Assembly (NCBI RefSeq): GCF_964355755.1
Contig: NC_092673.1
Location: forward strand, 8,556,001 to 8,620,000
Direction of reading: 5' to 3'
DNA length: 64,000 nt
Source of the DNA: Antedon mediterranea
Taxonomy: Eukaryota > Animalia > Echinodermata
Each line of letters opens with the position of its first letter. Position 1 is the stretch's first letter. Made by a program: the position numbers and the translations under genes. The notes beneath the pieces were generated by a model, which saw nothing but the letters and a program-made list of their open reading frames with translations, was not told the DNA's origin and did no database searches. Below, piece by piece: positions 27,854-39,800 of this stretch.

Positions 27854-30800
27854 CCGGGCGGTTTAGAATTAATGTTCATTGCCTAATGTGTTTATATATA
27901 TATATATATATATATATAAACAAATCAGGCACAGAACATTAATTCTAAACCGCCCGGTGATATACTGAAATTTAATTAATTAATTTGAAACGATAAAGAT
28001 GAGGAAATCTGTGAGAATGAGAAAAAGTCGCCCCAACCGAGACTCGAACTCGGACCGCCTGCTTGATATGCAGATGTCCTAACCATTAGACCACTGGGGC
28101 TTTCATGGTATTGTTCGAACTCGATTGGATATATATATATATAAATCCAAAGGCAAATTACTGAAAAAATGACAAAAATAAAAAGCGAAAAGCTAAATCA
28201 AAACGATAAAGTAAACAGCCAGAAAAGTTAGCAGAGCTTTCGGGCAACACTAGCCCTTCATCAGTGCAAGTGAAGGAATTTGGATAACGTCAGAGTATAA
28301 AGCTGGCAAGTGCTGCCTGGGTGGACAGGAATAAAAGAAATATAACAAAGGGAGCCAGGGTGGAGTCTGAATAAGAGTGGAAAACAAAGAAGGTAGCTTG
28401 GTAGAGATATAAACAATTTTGGAATGAGACTAAAAAACAGCTTAAATGGTGGTTAATATTAAAACTTAAATTTTGGTAGTCAATGGAATAATTTTACCGA
28501 TCTGGGAGTATGTTCCTAATGTTAAGTCCAAAAGGTTTTGTGGTTTTAAGTAGTAATTCCCAGTGGTTTTCTTTGTCTTTGCGAGTTTTGTCGCTCCATT
28601 TGATATCGTGGTCTATTGCAATAACTCTGAAATTTGCAATCGAGTGACCAGCTGAATTAAAATGTTCGGCTACAGGTTGATCAAGCTTTAATGTTTTGAT
28701 AGCTGATCTATGTTGTGTCATTCTCATACGGAGAGTGTTTTTTGTTTCTCCGACGTACTGTTTGCCACAAATATTACAGTATATGAGATAAATGACGTTT
28801 TTGGTTAGACAATTAATTGATTGTCTTATCCGAAAAATGCGGCCAGTTTGGTTACTCTCAAATTTTTCAGTAGAATCAACCAATGAACAAGTTTTGCAAG
28901 ATTTGCCGCAAAGGTGACTGCCCAAATTTTGGCTGTCATGAGAGTTAATTTCACTCTTAAATTTGGATCTGACTAATATATCACGAAGGTTGGGAGGTCT
29001 ACGAAATGCAATAATGGGTGGTTCCGGAAAAACAGTCCTGAGACGTTCTGTGGACTGTAGAATGGGCATATGTTTCTCAATAATAGCCCGTAATGGAGGC
29101 AACCTAGGGTGGTAGGTTGTGACCAATGGCACTCTGGTCGATTTTTTTGGCTGACGTGGTTTGTACGTCAGTGTTTGACATCGAGGAATATCTTTTGCTT
29201 TCTTTATAGCAGTTTCGATTTATTCCTTCTTGTAATTTCTGTTCCGGAGATGTCCGGTTAGTTCTTCGGTACGATTCTGAAAATCTAAATCTGAAGAATA
29301 GATACGTCTGATACGTAATGCTTGACTGTACGGTATGTTTTTAGTACAGTGTCGGGGGTGACAACTGCTAGGGAGCAGGTACATATTTTTATCCGTGGGT
29401 TTACGGAATAGGTCAGTTTTGAGTGTACCATTTTCTATGGTCACTATAGTGTCCAAAAAATCAACGCTACTAGTGGATTTGGTAGCTGTAAATTTGATAT
29501 ATATATTCAGATGTACTATACTGCAAAATGTAAAACAGTTTTCACTATTACGATATTATTCCATATTTCTATCTTAGGTATATATTATAAAGAGTTCTAA
29601 AACAAAATGTCTGATTTCATCGGTAGATTTTTAACTCAATTTCCAGGGTTCACGATGAGTTCACAGGTTCACCTTGCAAATACCTGGTTTCAGTTAAGTT
29701 GGTCGTTAGTGGCTATAGCCATTTTAGTTTTTTGTTTATTTTTGGATCGGACCGCGCGTGTAAAGGTACAGTAGTTAAAAAATAAAATCCCGATAGTTGA
29801 GTTTTATTGAGTAAGCTGGCAGGAATAACTGTAGGCTATCTGTGTCCCATTAGGGCCCATATTGCAAGCCATCTAAAACATCTTCCTTCTTGGGCCGAAA
29901 CGGCCTACACTGTCGCGGAAATTAGTTTCAAAGGATGTTTAAATAATGTATTATTGTATTGTAATAGAATTCATCACACTGTTAACTAATACCAAGCATT
30001 TGTTATTATGTTTTACCACTTTTCATATCTATTAGAGGATTTTATTTGATTATAAATGTTACGATATTATTAAAACTAAAAAATCCCTCGAATAAGCATC
30101 TCCCTCAAATGAACTCTGCCTCCCCACCTCACCCTACCAAACAATAAACACTATGAAAGAGAGTAGGTTTAGTTTTTCGAATGTCAAGCATTTTCAATAA
30201 TGGTAATCGACAGAAAACGTACAAGGAGAACGTCCTTCTAAAACCTTTTTACCCGAGTCATTATCATTCCGAGAACTATCGTTTACACTTCCTAGAGGGG
30301 AGCGAGCGAAGCGAGCTCACCCTCTTGTTAGACATAATTGTTGTTGAATATTTGATATAAATTGGTAAGTTGTTCCATACTTTTGCAACTCCAACTTTGA
30401 ACGATTATTTAATTTAAGAGTCATAGTGGTGTATTATATATCTGTTATATAGAGAACATTGACAACTTTAGATAGCCTTATATTTAGACAATCCTGTGAG
30501 AAGTGACAATTTTAGAATTTGGTGTACAAACAACAATTTATGCACACATATTTAAAAACAATTAGTTAAAAATTTAAATTTTTAGTGGCGGCCATTTTGA
30601 AATCCAAGATGGCCGACAGATTATCGCTTTACATAGTTAAGATTGTATAATGGGTACAGTAATACCATCAAAATGGACTTGTTCCACATTCATAATTTGT
30701 ATTATTGGTGATATTCTTATTTTTAGTAGGGTTATTTGAATGTTGGCGGCCATTTCGAATTTGGTCCCTTAAATGTCTTTAAAAAAAATTGCAACATATT

Positions 30801-33800
30801 TTATTTCATTCCTTATAATTATCAAGATATGAAATAAAGTCAAAGTTTGCTTTTAACAAAAAATATACATGACATTCATATAAATGACATACCAGCCTAC
30901 ACTATAAGATCGATTATCATTAATAATTATTTATTGCTAACCAAAAATTTCAACCTAATCCTGATTATAGCATATACTATTTACATAGCCACTTTTATCT
31001 AGTTTATCCACTTTAATCTATACAGCAGCAGATCAATTATTGTGGAATTCAATATCTTATTCTTGTTCTTGTCATTTAATTGGAAATATTAGGCCTAACA
31101 TGCTAAAAGAAAAGAAAGTAATATTTATAGTTTACAAATAAAGTTATCAAATGCTGGTGATTACTTTTTTTTTTAACGAATGAAATTATTTGTTTAATTC
31201 AATCGGGAAAAAAACAGAAATTGAGTAAAACAAAACAAAAAAGCACAAAATTATGCCAGAATATGTTAAAAACGGCTAAATAATGCCGCGGCATTATGCC
31301 AGATTCCTTGTGCATTTAAATAATACTAAAAAACATAATGCCAGAAACGGCAACTATGCCTCTAATCCAATCCCAATTAGAGCAGTTATGCCAGTTCAGT
31401 TGGCACCTTTGCAGTGAAAATTGTCAAATGTGATTCCCCTTCCCAAACAGACACCCCCTTCTATTGACAAATTAAAACCGGTATCTCTGACGTCTACATT
31501 ATCCAAAATAGCTGAGAAAAAAGTTTCAAAATGTTTGATTGATACAATTAAGTCCCTGGTTGATAAATAAAAATTTGTGAACCAAAAAGCGATTTTCACA
31601 ACCCACTGCCTGATATATATTTATAACTTCTTAATGTTTTAAGTTCTGAGAAAAGAGAGGATCAATATGTACTCTGGCTCTTACCGACTTTACTGAAGCT
31701 TTCGACTTGATCGACCATCGAATAGCTTATTAGGATTATCCACATCTATCTTGAAGTGGGTCGTCGATTTTCTTTCAAACAGTAAACAAAGGTGCAAATA
31801 TAAAAATTACTTTTCTGTTAACTAGAGGTGTTCCACAAGGGACCATTCTTGTCCCGATTATTTTCCTTTGCATGTCTGAAAGTACGTTGGTGACTTGACG
31901 CTTGGAGAAAGTAGATTTGTGTGGAATCAAAGTTTTCTTCAAGCTAACCTTGATTTCCTCTCCACTCAAACTAAACCCCTCCATGAACATTCGCATAAAC
32001 CATTTATCAATTGTTGACATTGTTCAACTTCTTGGAGTTGCTTTAAGTTTGGCATAGCCATGTTGATCTTATGATAAACAAAGTAAATAAGAAATTGTTT
32101 ATGTTAAGAAAGCTAAAAGATGTTAACGAACTGCTTTCTGTGTAGCTAGGTTATATTCGTCATATCCTTGAATATGCGGTACCATTGTGGTCAAGAGGTC
32201 TCCTTCGTAAAATTATGTTTCTAACCAGGATGCTCTTGATATACTCGATCTCAAATCTTTGTCGCAACGTAGAGTTGAATTGAAAAAGTCTTCTCGACAA
32301 AACGGTTTTGTCACTGGTTCCCACAATCAAAGAATGGCTCTTCAATGTAACTGCGTAAAAGTTAATACCATTTCATCAGAACTTAACGTTTCAAAAATAG
32401 CCCTATCCCATATCTATTGCAATTGATCGAGTAGTTGACTTCTAAGATATCTGTGTAATTATTTGAAAATGTTGAGTGTTTAACGTTTGCTTTTTCTTAA
32501 ATGTGTCTGTTAATTGTATTCATATGTGTAATTTTCCTATATAATATAATGCTGCTGCTGCTAGCTAGCTCACGAAAAACAATAAACAGACCGAAATTAT
32601 GTTCACCGTACGTACGTACGTAGGCCTTTTTGCCGTTAAAAACACATTGAGAAACAATAATTTACTATTGTAACATGTTTTATTGGTACAGTAAATAATG
32701 TAACTTTTAAAAAAGGTAAATTGAATTACTGTAGCTTAATATTAATAAAGTAGGCCTAGGTCTATCAGTATTTATTTAATTAAAACTAGATTGACACAAT
32801 CATAGCCTAGCCTAGGCCTTCCCTACGCTAGGAGACCGTACCGGGCAGCATTCGGACCGGTGATTCAAAGCATTTTCAGTGACAACGTGATGACTTTAAA
32901 AATATGTTTTCAGGAAACCGGACTTTCGAAAAACCGGAAAATATATGCCCGCCCAAGGGTGTCCGGTATTGGGAGAGTTGACTGTATAGTAGTAGGCCTA
33001 CGCCTACTAGTCAGACCGGGAAAGGCCCAGAAAGTTTATTCATATGAAAAGCCACATTGGGTTTGATGGGCTGATTATGTAGATTAAGACTCAATAATCA
33101 ATATTGCTGCCGGGTCATATCCTGTAAATTTTCCCTGGGAGACACCAAATAAGAGGGGTAAAAAATAGATTTAATCATGTGAAAAGCCACACGGATAAAA
33201 GTTGTTGAACATCGTCCCCATGTGTATACAATGTTAAAACAGCAATGACAGCAACTTTATCATGTAAGTTGCACGAGACAGTAGCCCTGACCACTCAAAA
33301 TGGTGTTATTCATGTCAAAAGCCACACACGGCTAATTCCTTTTGCATTGTAACTGTCACACATTGGGATGCAAAAAAACACTATTGACAGCAACTTTATC
33401 CTGTAAGTTGCCCCAGACAGTAGCCCAAAAATGCCCGTTGGGCCATACAATATTTAATCATGCGAAGAGCCACACGGCTAATTTCTTTTGCATTGTAACT
33501 GTTACACATTTGGATGCACAAAAATACCATTGACAGCAACTCTATCCTGTAAGTTGCGCTAGACAGTAGTCCAAAAATGCCCGTTGGGCCATACAATATT
33601 TAATCATGCGAAGAGCCACACGACAAAATCCCTTTTATATTGTAACTATTACCCTTTGGGCTATACGGAATTAGGCCTACCATTGACAGCAACTTTATAA
33701 TATAAGTTGCCCCAGATTTAATATCTTGAAGAGTCAAATGGCTATTTCATTTTGCATCGTAACTATTACCCTAGGCTTTGGGATATACGAACATACCAGC

Positions 33801-36800
33801 AAATTTATCTTGTAAGTTGCTCCAGACAGTAGCCCAAAAATGCTGTTGAAGTATAATGTACTGTATGGCGTTATAATTCTACATTATTATTATCATTATG
33901 TGCAATGTATTGTAAATAAACATTTGAACAGACGAAGAAATAAAAGTGGGCCGAACCTATAACTAAGACAACAAAAAACATGGGATTGTCATCCAAAAAA
34001 ATACCTCGTGCCATGCACACACTGAGTGCCTCTTCACCGAGACTCTGAGCTTGTTCAATATATAATATATTTGATATATTAAACTTGTATGGTTACCTTT
34101 CTTATTGTATCAACAAGACCTACACCAACATAATTGGTCTCTGCTAGGTCTATAATTTTCACATATTTTCTGTAAATTGATTTTTTGGCCGGAATCATTA
34201 GGTTTCTCATGATTGATCGAAAGATTCCATTTCGCTTGAAAACGAATTGTTTTGTTAAATATTTTCCTTCCTTTTAGCTTGTTGTTTATTTATTTATTTA
34301 TTTGGAATTACACCTTTAGATCGGTGGCACACTTAGCATAAAGGTGCATCCTTCACAATATAAAATATAACAATTAACAGAAAAGTAAAAAAAGGTAAAA
34401 GCAACTATCAACCCCTATCCTACCCCCCCCCCCCCCCCAATTTACATCGATACATAGAGTAGATCATTACTTTACACAATGAATACAAAACAAGATATAG
34501 TAAAAGTGTATAAAATAAAATAAAATCAACTGATAAACACAGCTTATTACGAACTTCCCCCCCCCCCCCCTTTCCCCCCCCCCCCCCCCCCCCCCGCCCC
34601 ACACTTTTTTTTCAATTTACTTAATGTAGCAATGTAGATAACATGAGTCATGGAATTCAGTGAATCATTTCGAAATTTCCATGCTTGTTTTAGGTATCTT
34701 TTACAAAAACTATCCAAAATATTTTCACACTCTTCATCAATTAAATTATCTGATGTGTTATGGTATTTTGTTTGTGTTGTTTGTTGTCTATAATGATTGA
34801 CCTAGAAACGCCGTTGCGTGTAAGAAACTTAACTAACTATAATCTAGATATTTAAATTTCTTATAAGATTGGTATTAGTGCATTGATCCCGTAATAAAGA
34901 ATCCTTTCATTGGGTGATCTATCCTTTCGGGTTATAAAATCAATACCAGTAAAATCTTCATAATTCGAAGCTTGATGTATTTTGCCCAGGATGATATGAC
35001 TAAGTTATCCGCGTAGTTTATTTAAGGCTAATGTAATAATAAATACAATTTAAAGTCTTGCATACTCTAACAGGGCCAAACGATTTGAAAGTAGACCAAA
35101 TGACCCACCGGTAAACTAAAAGTAAAAACCGTTGCTAGAACATGATTAGTATTTTATTTTGAAATACGTTCAAGATTAATAACGCATACTATTAAATTCA
35201 AACTTATTTAATTTAACTTTATAATCAATTGTGTTCATAATTAATGGATTTTACCAAAAGTCGAATAGCTTTTCGAGTTATTACATCTTGTAGGGGGTCG
35301 GAATCGGAAATTGCTGGCCTACTATCTGGGGCAACTTACAGGATAAAGTTGCTGTCAACGGTATTCGTATATCCCAAAGGATAATAGTTAGGCTACAATG
35401 TAAAAGGAATTATGCCGTGCGGCTCTTCGCATGATTGCCGCGCCAACGGGCATTTTTGGGCTACTGTCTGGGGCAACTTACAGGATAAAGTTGCTGTCTG
35501 TTTGTGCATCCCAATGTGTGACAGTTACAATGCAAAGAAACTAGCCGTGTGGCTCTTGACATCAATAACACCATTTTTAGTGGTCACTTGGGGCTACTGT
35601 CTCGGGCAACTTACAGTTACAGATAAAGTTGCTGTCATTGATGATTTACAGTATAAGACCCGGCAGAAATATTGATTATTGAATCTTTGCTATATATCTA
35701 CATAATCAAACCTTTTGTGGCTTTTCACATGAATAAACTTTCTGGGCGCCCGGTATAGGCTCGTCGTTGAACTTTTAACGATCAGCGATCATAGCGTCGA
35801 ATAAAGTCGAATTAAAAACAGGCTTTACTGTATGAGTTTCTATTGTTTTGTAGTCTTTGGTTCAATTACCAATAAGCGAACATTTCATTCCTTAAAAGTT
35901 ACAATAATTGTTTGCGTATGTTGCTTAATTTGAGTAAATTCTGTGTGGGTGCTTCTGAAATGTTTGTTATATTTGGTATTTCTAGTTTTGGTGAATTTTA
36001 AGTATAACTATTTATAGTTTTTTGTTACGTATTAATTTATCTAATAATTTGATTGTGAACACTGTCTGCTTTTTAATTCCAAATTGTAGGCCTATGCCAG
36101 CTGGTTTGGCATTATTTTACATTAATCTTTATAACTATTTTATATTTTGTACTCTACATTATAGTGAAATAAAAGCTTATATAATAATACTTATAATCGC
36201 GGGAATCGCACAGTGTAACAATGTGTCAGGTTGTCCCAATACTTGTAATAAAACTTCTCTTATACCTCGTCCACATGTCTAATATCGAGAGCCGATCAAG
36301 AACGACTGAAGACATGTGAAGGCGGTATACTAATCAATTTGCTGCAGACGGATATAGTTTGGATGTTTGGTCAGAGAGTCAAGCTCAAAGAGGTTTTCAA
36401 CCTTTAAGCTTGGTACCCACTAGGATGCAACGGAAGGACGTGATCCGCAATTAACCAATCACAAGCGACAGTTGTTACGGCTTGCGATGTGTCCTAGGTG
36501 GAAACCAAGCTTTATGTAAGAACCAAGACAGCAGGTCATGTATAAGGTAGGCCTACATTATCGGTAAGGACGGTCTGGAAGAGCATGGCATCCAGTAGGT
36601 TCCGTTTCAGTTTCCATACACCTCATTTGATAAATACATTATTAAAAGATTATGGTAACTACTAAGAACCTCCATTATTTTATATTTAATATATGTATAT
36701 GTTAGACAAATCCGTACTTTTCATAAATAAATTATTATATATCTTTTCAAATTTAAGTAATCCTTGCTTTTAAATGCAATTAGAAAACTGTGTTCATTAA

Positions 36801-39800
36801 TCAAGATCGAATTATTTACAAAATCGTATCCATCAATTATACAAAGTAAAGTGTACAGAATACGCAAATACAATTTATTTTGTAATACACATGATTATAT
36901 TCTTGCAATTTGATTGGTTAATACATTATGTATCACAACCGTTCGGTATTAATTCTACCTAACATAAGTTATATCTAATGATGATAATGGGCTTTAGTGC
37001 ACGTCCACCTTTTTGCAACATTTTGTGATGCTCGCCGTTTATTCTAATCCGCGTACAACTCTTTGGATGGCCTGGTTACTGGCCTACAGTAGCGGCTGTG
37101 GCATCTTCGCCAATGGTTTACGATGGATAAATTGAATAAAACAGTAGATGTGTTATAAAATAAATAAATAATGTTTGTATTCGTTGAATTGAGAAAATAT
37201 TTTATTTTAATAATTTAGGTATTTGTATAGCGTCAGAATCAACTAAACCGAAGTAAAAATCAAAGGCGCTTATATTGGATGTTAAAAAGATGCGTTTTAA
37301 GTTCTTTTTTAAAAACAGCAATAGAAGTTGAATGAGTAAAATGACGAGGGAGAGAATTCCAAAGAGAAGCAGCAGAGAACATAAAAGACCTTTGTCCATA
37401 AGATTTGGTGTTAATTCTAGGAACAAGTAGTAGGTTTTGATCAGCCGAACGAAGACAAGCAAGAGGGGTGTAGGTGGGAAGAAGATCAAGGATATACGTA
37501 GGTTGTTTAAGAAGTAGCGCTTTGAATGTTAGTAAAAAGATCTTATATTTTATACGGGAGTCAATAGGAGCCAGTGGAGGTTATATAAAATAGGAGATAT
37601 GTGTGAGGATCTTCTAGTAAGAGTTAGAAGGCGTGCAGCAGTGTTCTGGAGACGTTGAAGTCGATTCATTGAAGATTTCGGTAGGGCAAAAAAAAGAGAG
37701 TTGCAATAATCAAGGCGAGAAGTGACAGAGGCATTTATTAATGTAGAGGCAGTACGCTTTGACAGATACTTTGATATTTTATTTATAATTGACTGCTCAT
37801 GATAACATTCTGACCATCCAACTATTTTTTTTATTATTATTGAAAATGTACTTACAAACATCTGACAATACAACTTCTTGATCAGAGCCATCTAAATTTG
37901 ATCTCCGTACCTCTTTCTTAACTTTATCAGACCAATACACTTTTCTATCTCTATGATCAAATTCGGCATATTGTACATATTCTGGTGGTGGATTCAATTG
38001 AATTGATTCAAAATCTAAAGTCTCGTTGATAGATTTTTCAAAATGTGCTGTAAACAAGGAAATACGTTCAGCAACTAGTACCAAGCCACCTAAAAGAGAA
38101 AACAACAGTACGGTAGTATTTATTGATAAAGAAATAAAACTATTAGTGTAGGACTATACTGGACCTGTAGGCCTACTGGAGTCCTTCTATCACCAGAACT
38201 AGGACCGGTTGTCCTCGAGTCCCACATCGATTTAGCTGGCTGTGGTAGGCCTACGGTAAACGGCAAATGTGAACGCGCCCACAAATGTGAAAACAACCAC
38301 AAATGTGAAAACACCTCACCCACAAATGTGAAAATACATCACCCAAACGTGAAAAGACATTTTCGCCCACAAATGTAAAAAAAAACAACAATTCATCAAA
38401 CTTAGTGCTAGACCTAAGAATTATTCTAAGTATTTTACGAGTTCATGTTAATATAGGCCTATTTATATACATTATATTGAGTTGGTTCAATAGGCCTACT
38501 TGTGAGTACACGCGATGCGCGTTGGATTACTATTAAGTCGATGTTTTCAATTAGCTGCGCGCGTGCACATTACTTCAGTGTCAAGGTCATATCATTGCTA
38601 CTTGTAGTTGTAGTTTGCTACTTGGAACTATACATGCCTACATAGTAGTTACCTACACATTATATGAGTACCAAATGAACTTGTAGTGTCGTGAACGCGC
38701 ACAACAAACACTGAACATCGACTTGGAACTTAACTATACGTACTTAAGCGTGGTTCCCATTAGCGACGCAACACAAGGACGTAACGCAACGCAAGTGAAT
38801 TGACCAATCACAAGCGATGGCTTATTCGCTTGTGATTGCTAACTGTCTATAACTTCGCTTGTCATTGGTTAAAACGCTTGCGTTGCGTTTACGTCCTTGC
38901 GTTACGTTCTAGTTGGAACCAAGCTTTAGTAAGCCAACGAATTGACGACCAAGCACTACAAAATGCAATTGTATAGGACCTTGTAGAATCGACATGTAAT
39001 AACAGTGAGGTATACCTCCTGATAATATTAAACCAACAACTTAACAACTAAAACTAAAAGGCAATGATATAAATGACCTTGTAGTATCATGTACATGCTC
39101 AACAAACACCGAACATCGACTTGGAAATACGTAATATATAATACTAATACTAGCAATGATCGTCTTCACATTTGTGGGCGCTCTTTATTACATTTGTGGA
39201 TGATGTGTTTTAACATTTCTGGTTGTTTTCACGTTAGTGAGTGATGCGTTTTCACATTTGTGGTTGTTTTCACGTTAGTGAGTGATGCATTTTTACATTT
39301 GTGGTTGTTTTTCACATTTGTGGATGATGCGTTTTCACATTTTGTGGTTGTTTTCACATTTGTGGGTGATGCGTTTTCACATTTGTGGTTGTTTTTACGT
39401 TAGTGAGTGATGCGTTTTCACATTTGTGGTTGTTTTCACGTTAGTGAGTGATGCGTTTTCACATTTGTGGTTGTTTTCACATTTGTGGGCGTTTTCACAT
39501 TTGAACCACGGTCGATAGTAATGAAGGCTCCACAATTTCATGAGAGAGGACGTGAAACTACCAACTACTATTTTTAGTCTATTCGTCCAAAAAAATGGTG
39601 GAAATTATTATTTCATAATCACGATTTGTTATTGAAAATAAAAGTAAATAACGGGTGTGGTAGTGCGATCGTCAAAGGTTGATAGAATGGATGATGGACT
39701 TATGGTGTAATATTACCCATACAGCTAACTGAGGCCTCTGACACGATCGGATAATACCTGCAGGCCTACATGTTAACAGTTCGGTTACAATGGTATTCAT

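Larger units (their letters stand above)
26092..30901. mobile_element. Old TIR DNA-transposon remnant hosting later insertions
   Basis: Left end TGTAGGC..TATGT..TTTTGTTAAAAGCAAA; its reverse complement lies at about 30845-30901; AAAATGGCGGCCATTTT-like motifs near both ends. Confidence 0.5.

Noticed and set aside
34423-34600. Long poly-C tracts (G4 potential on the minus strand)
   Set aside because: Simple homopolymers inside a foldback element, prone to sequencing error; no functional evidence.
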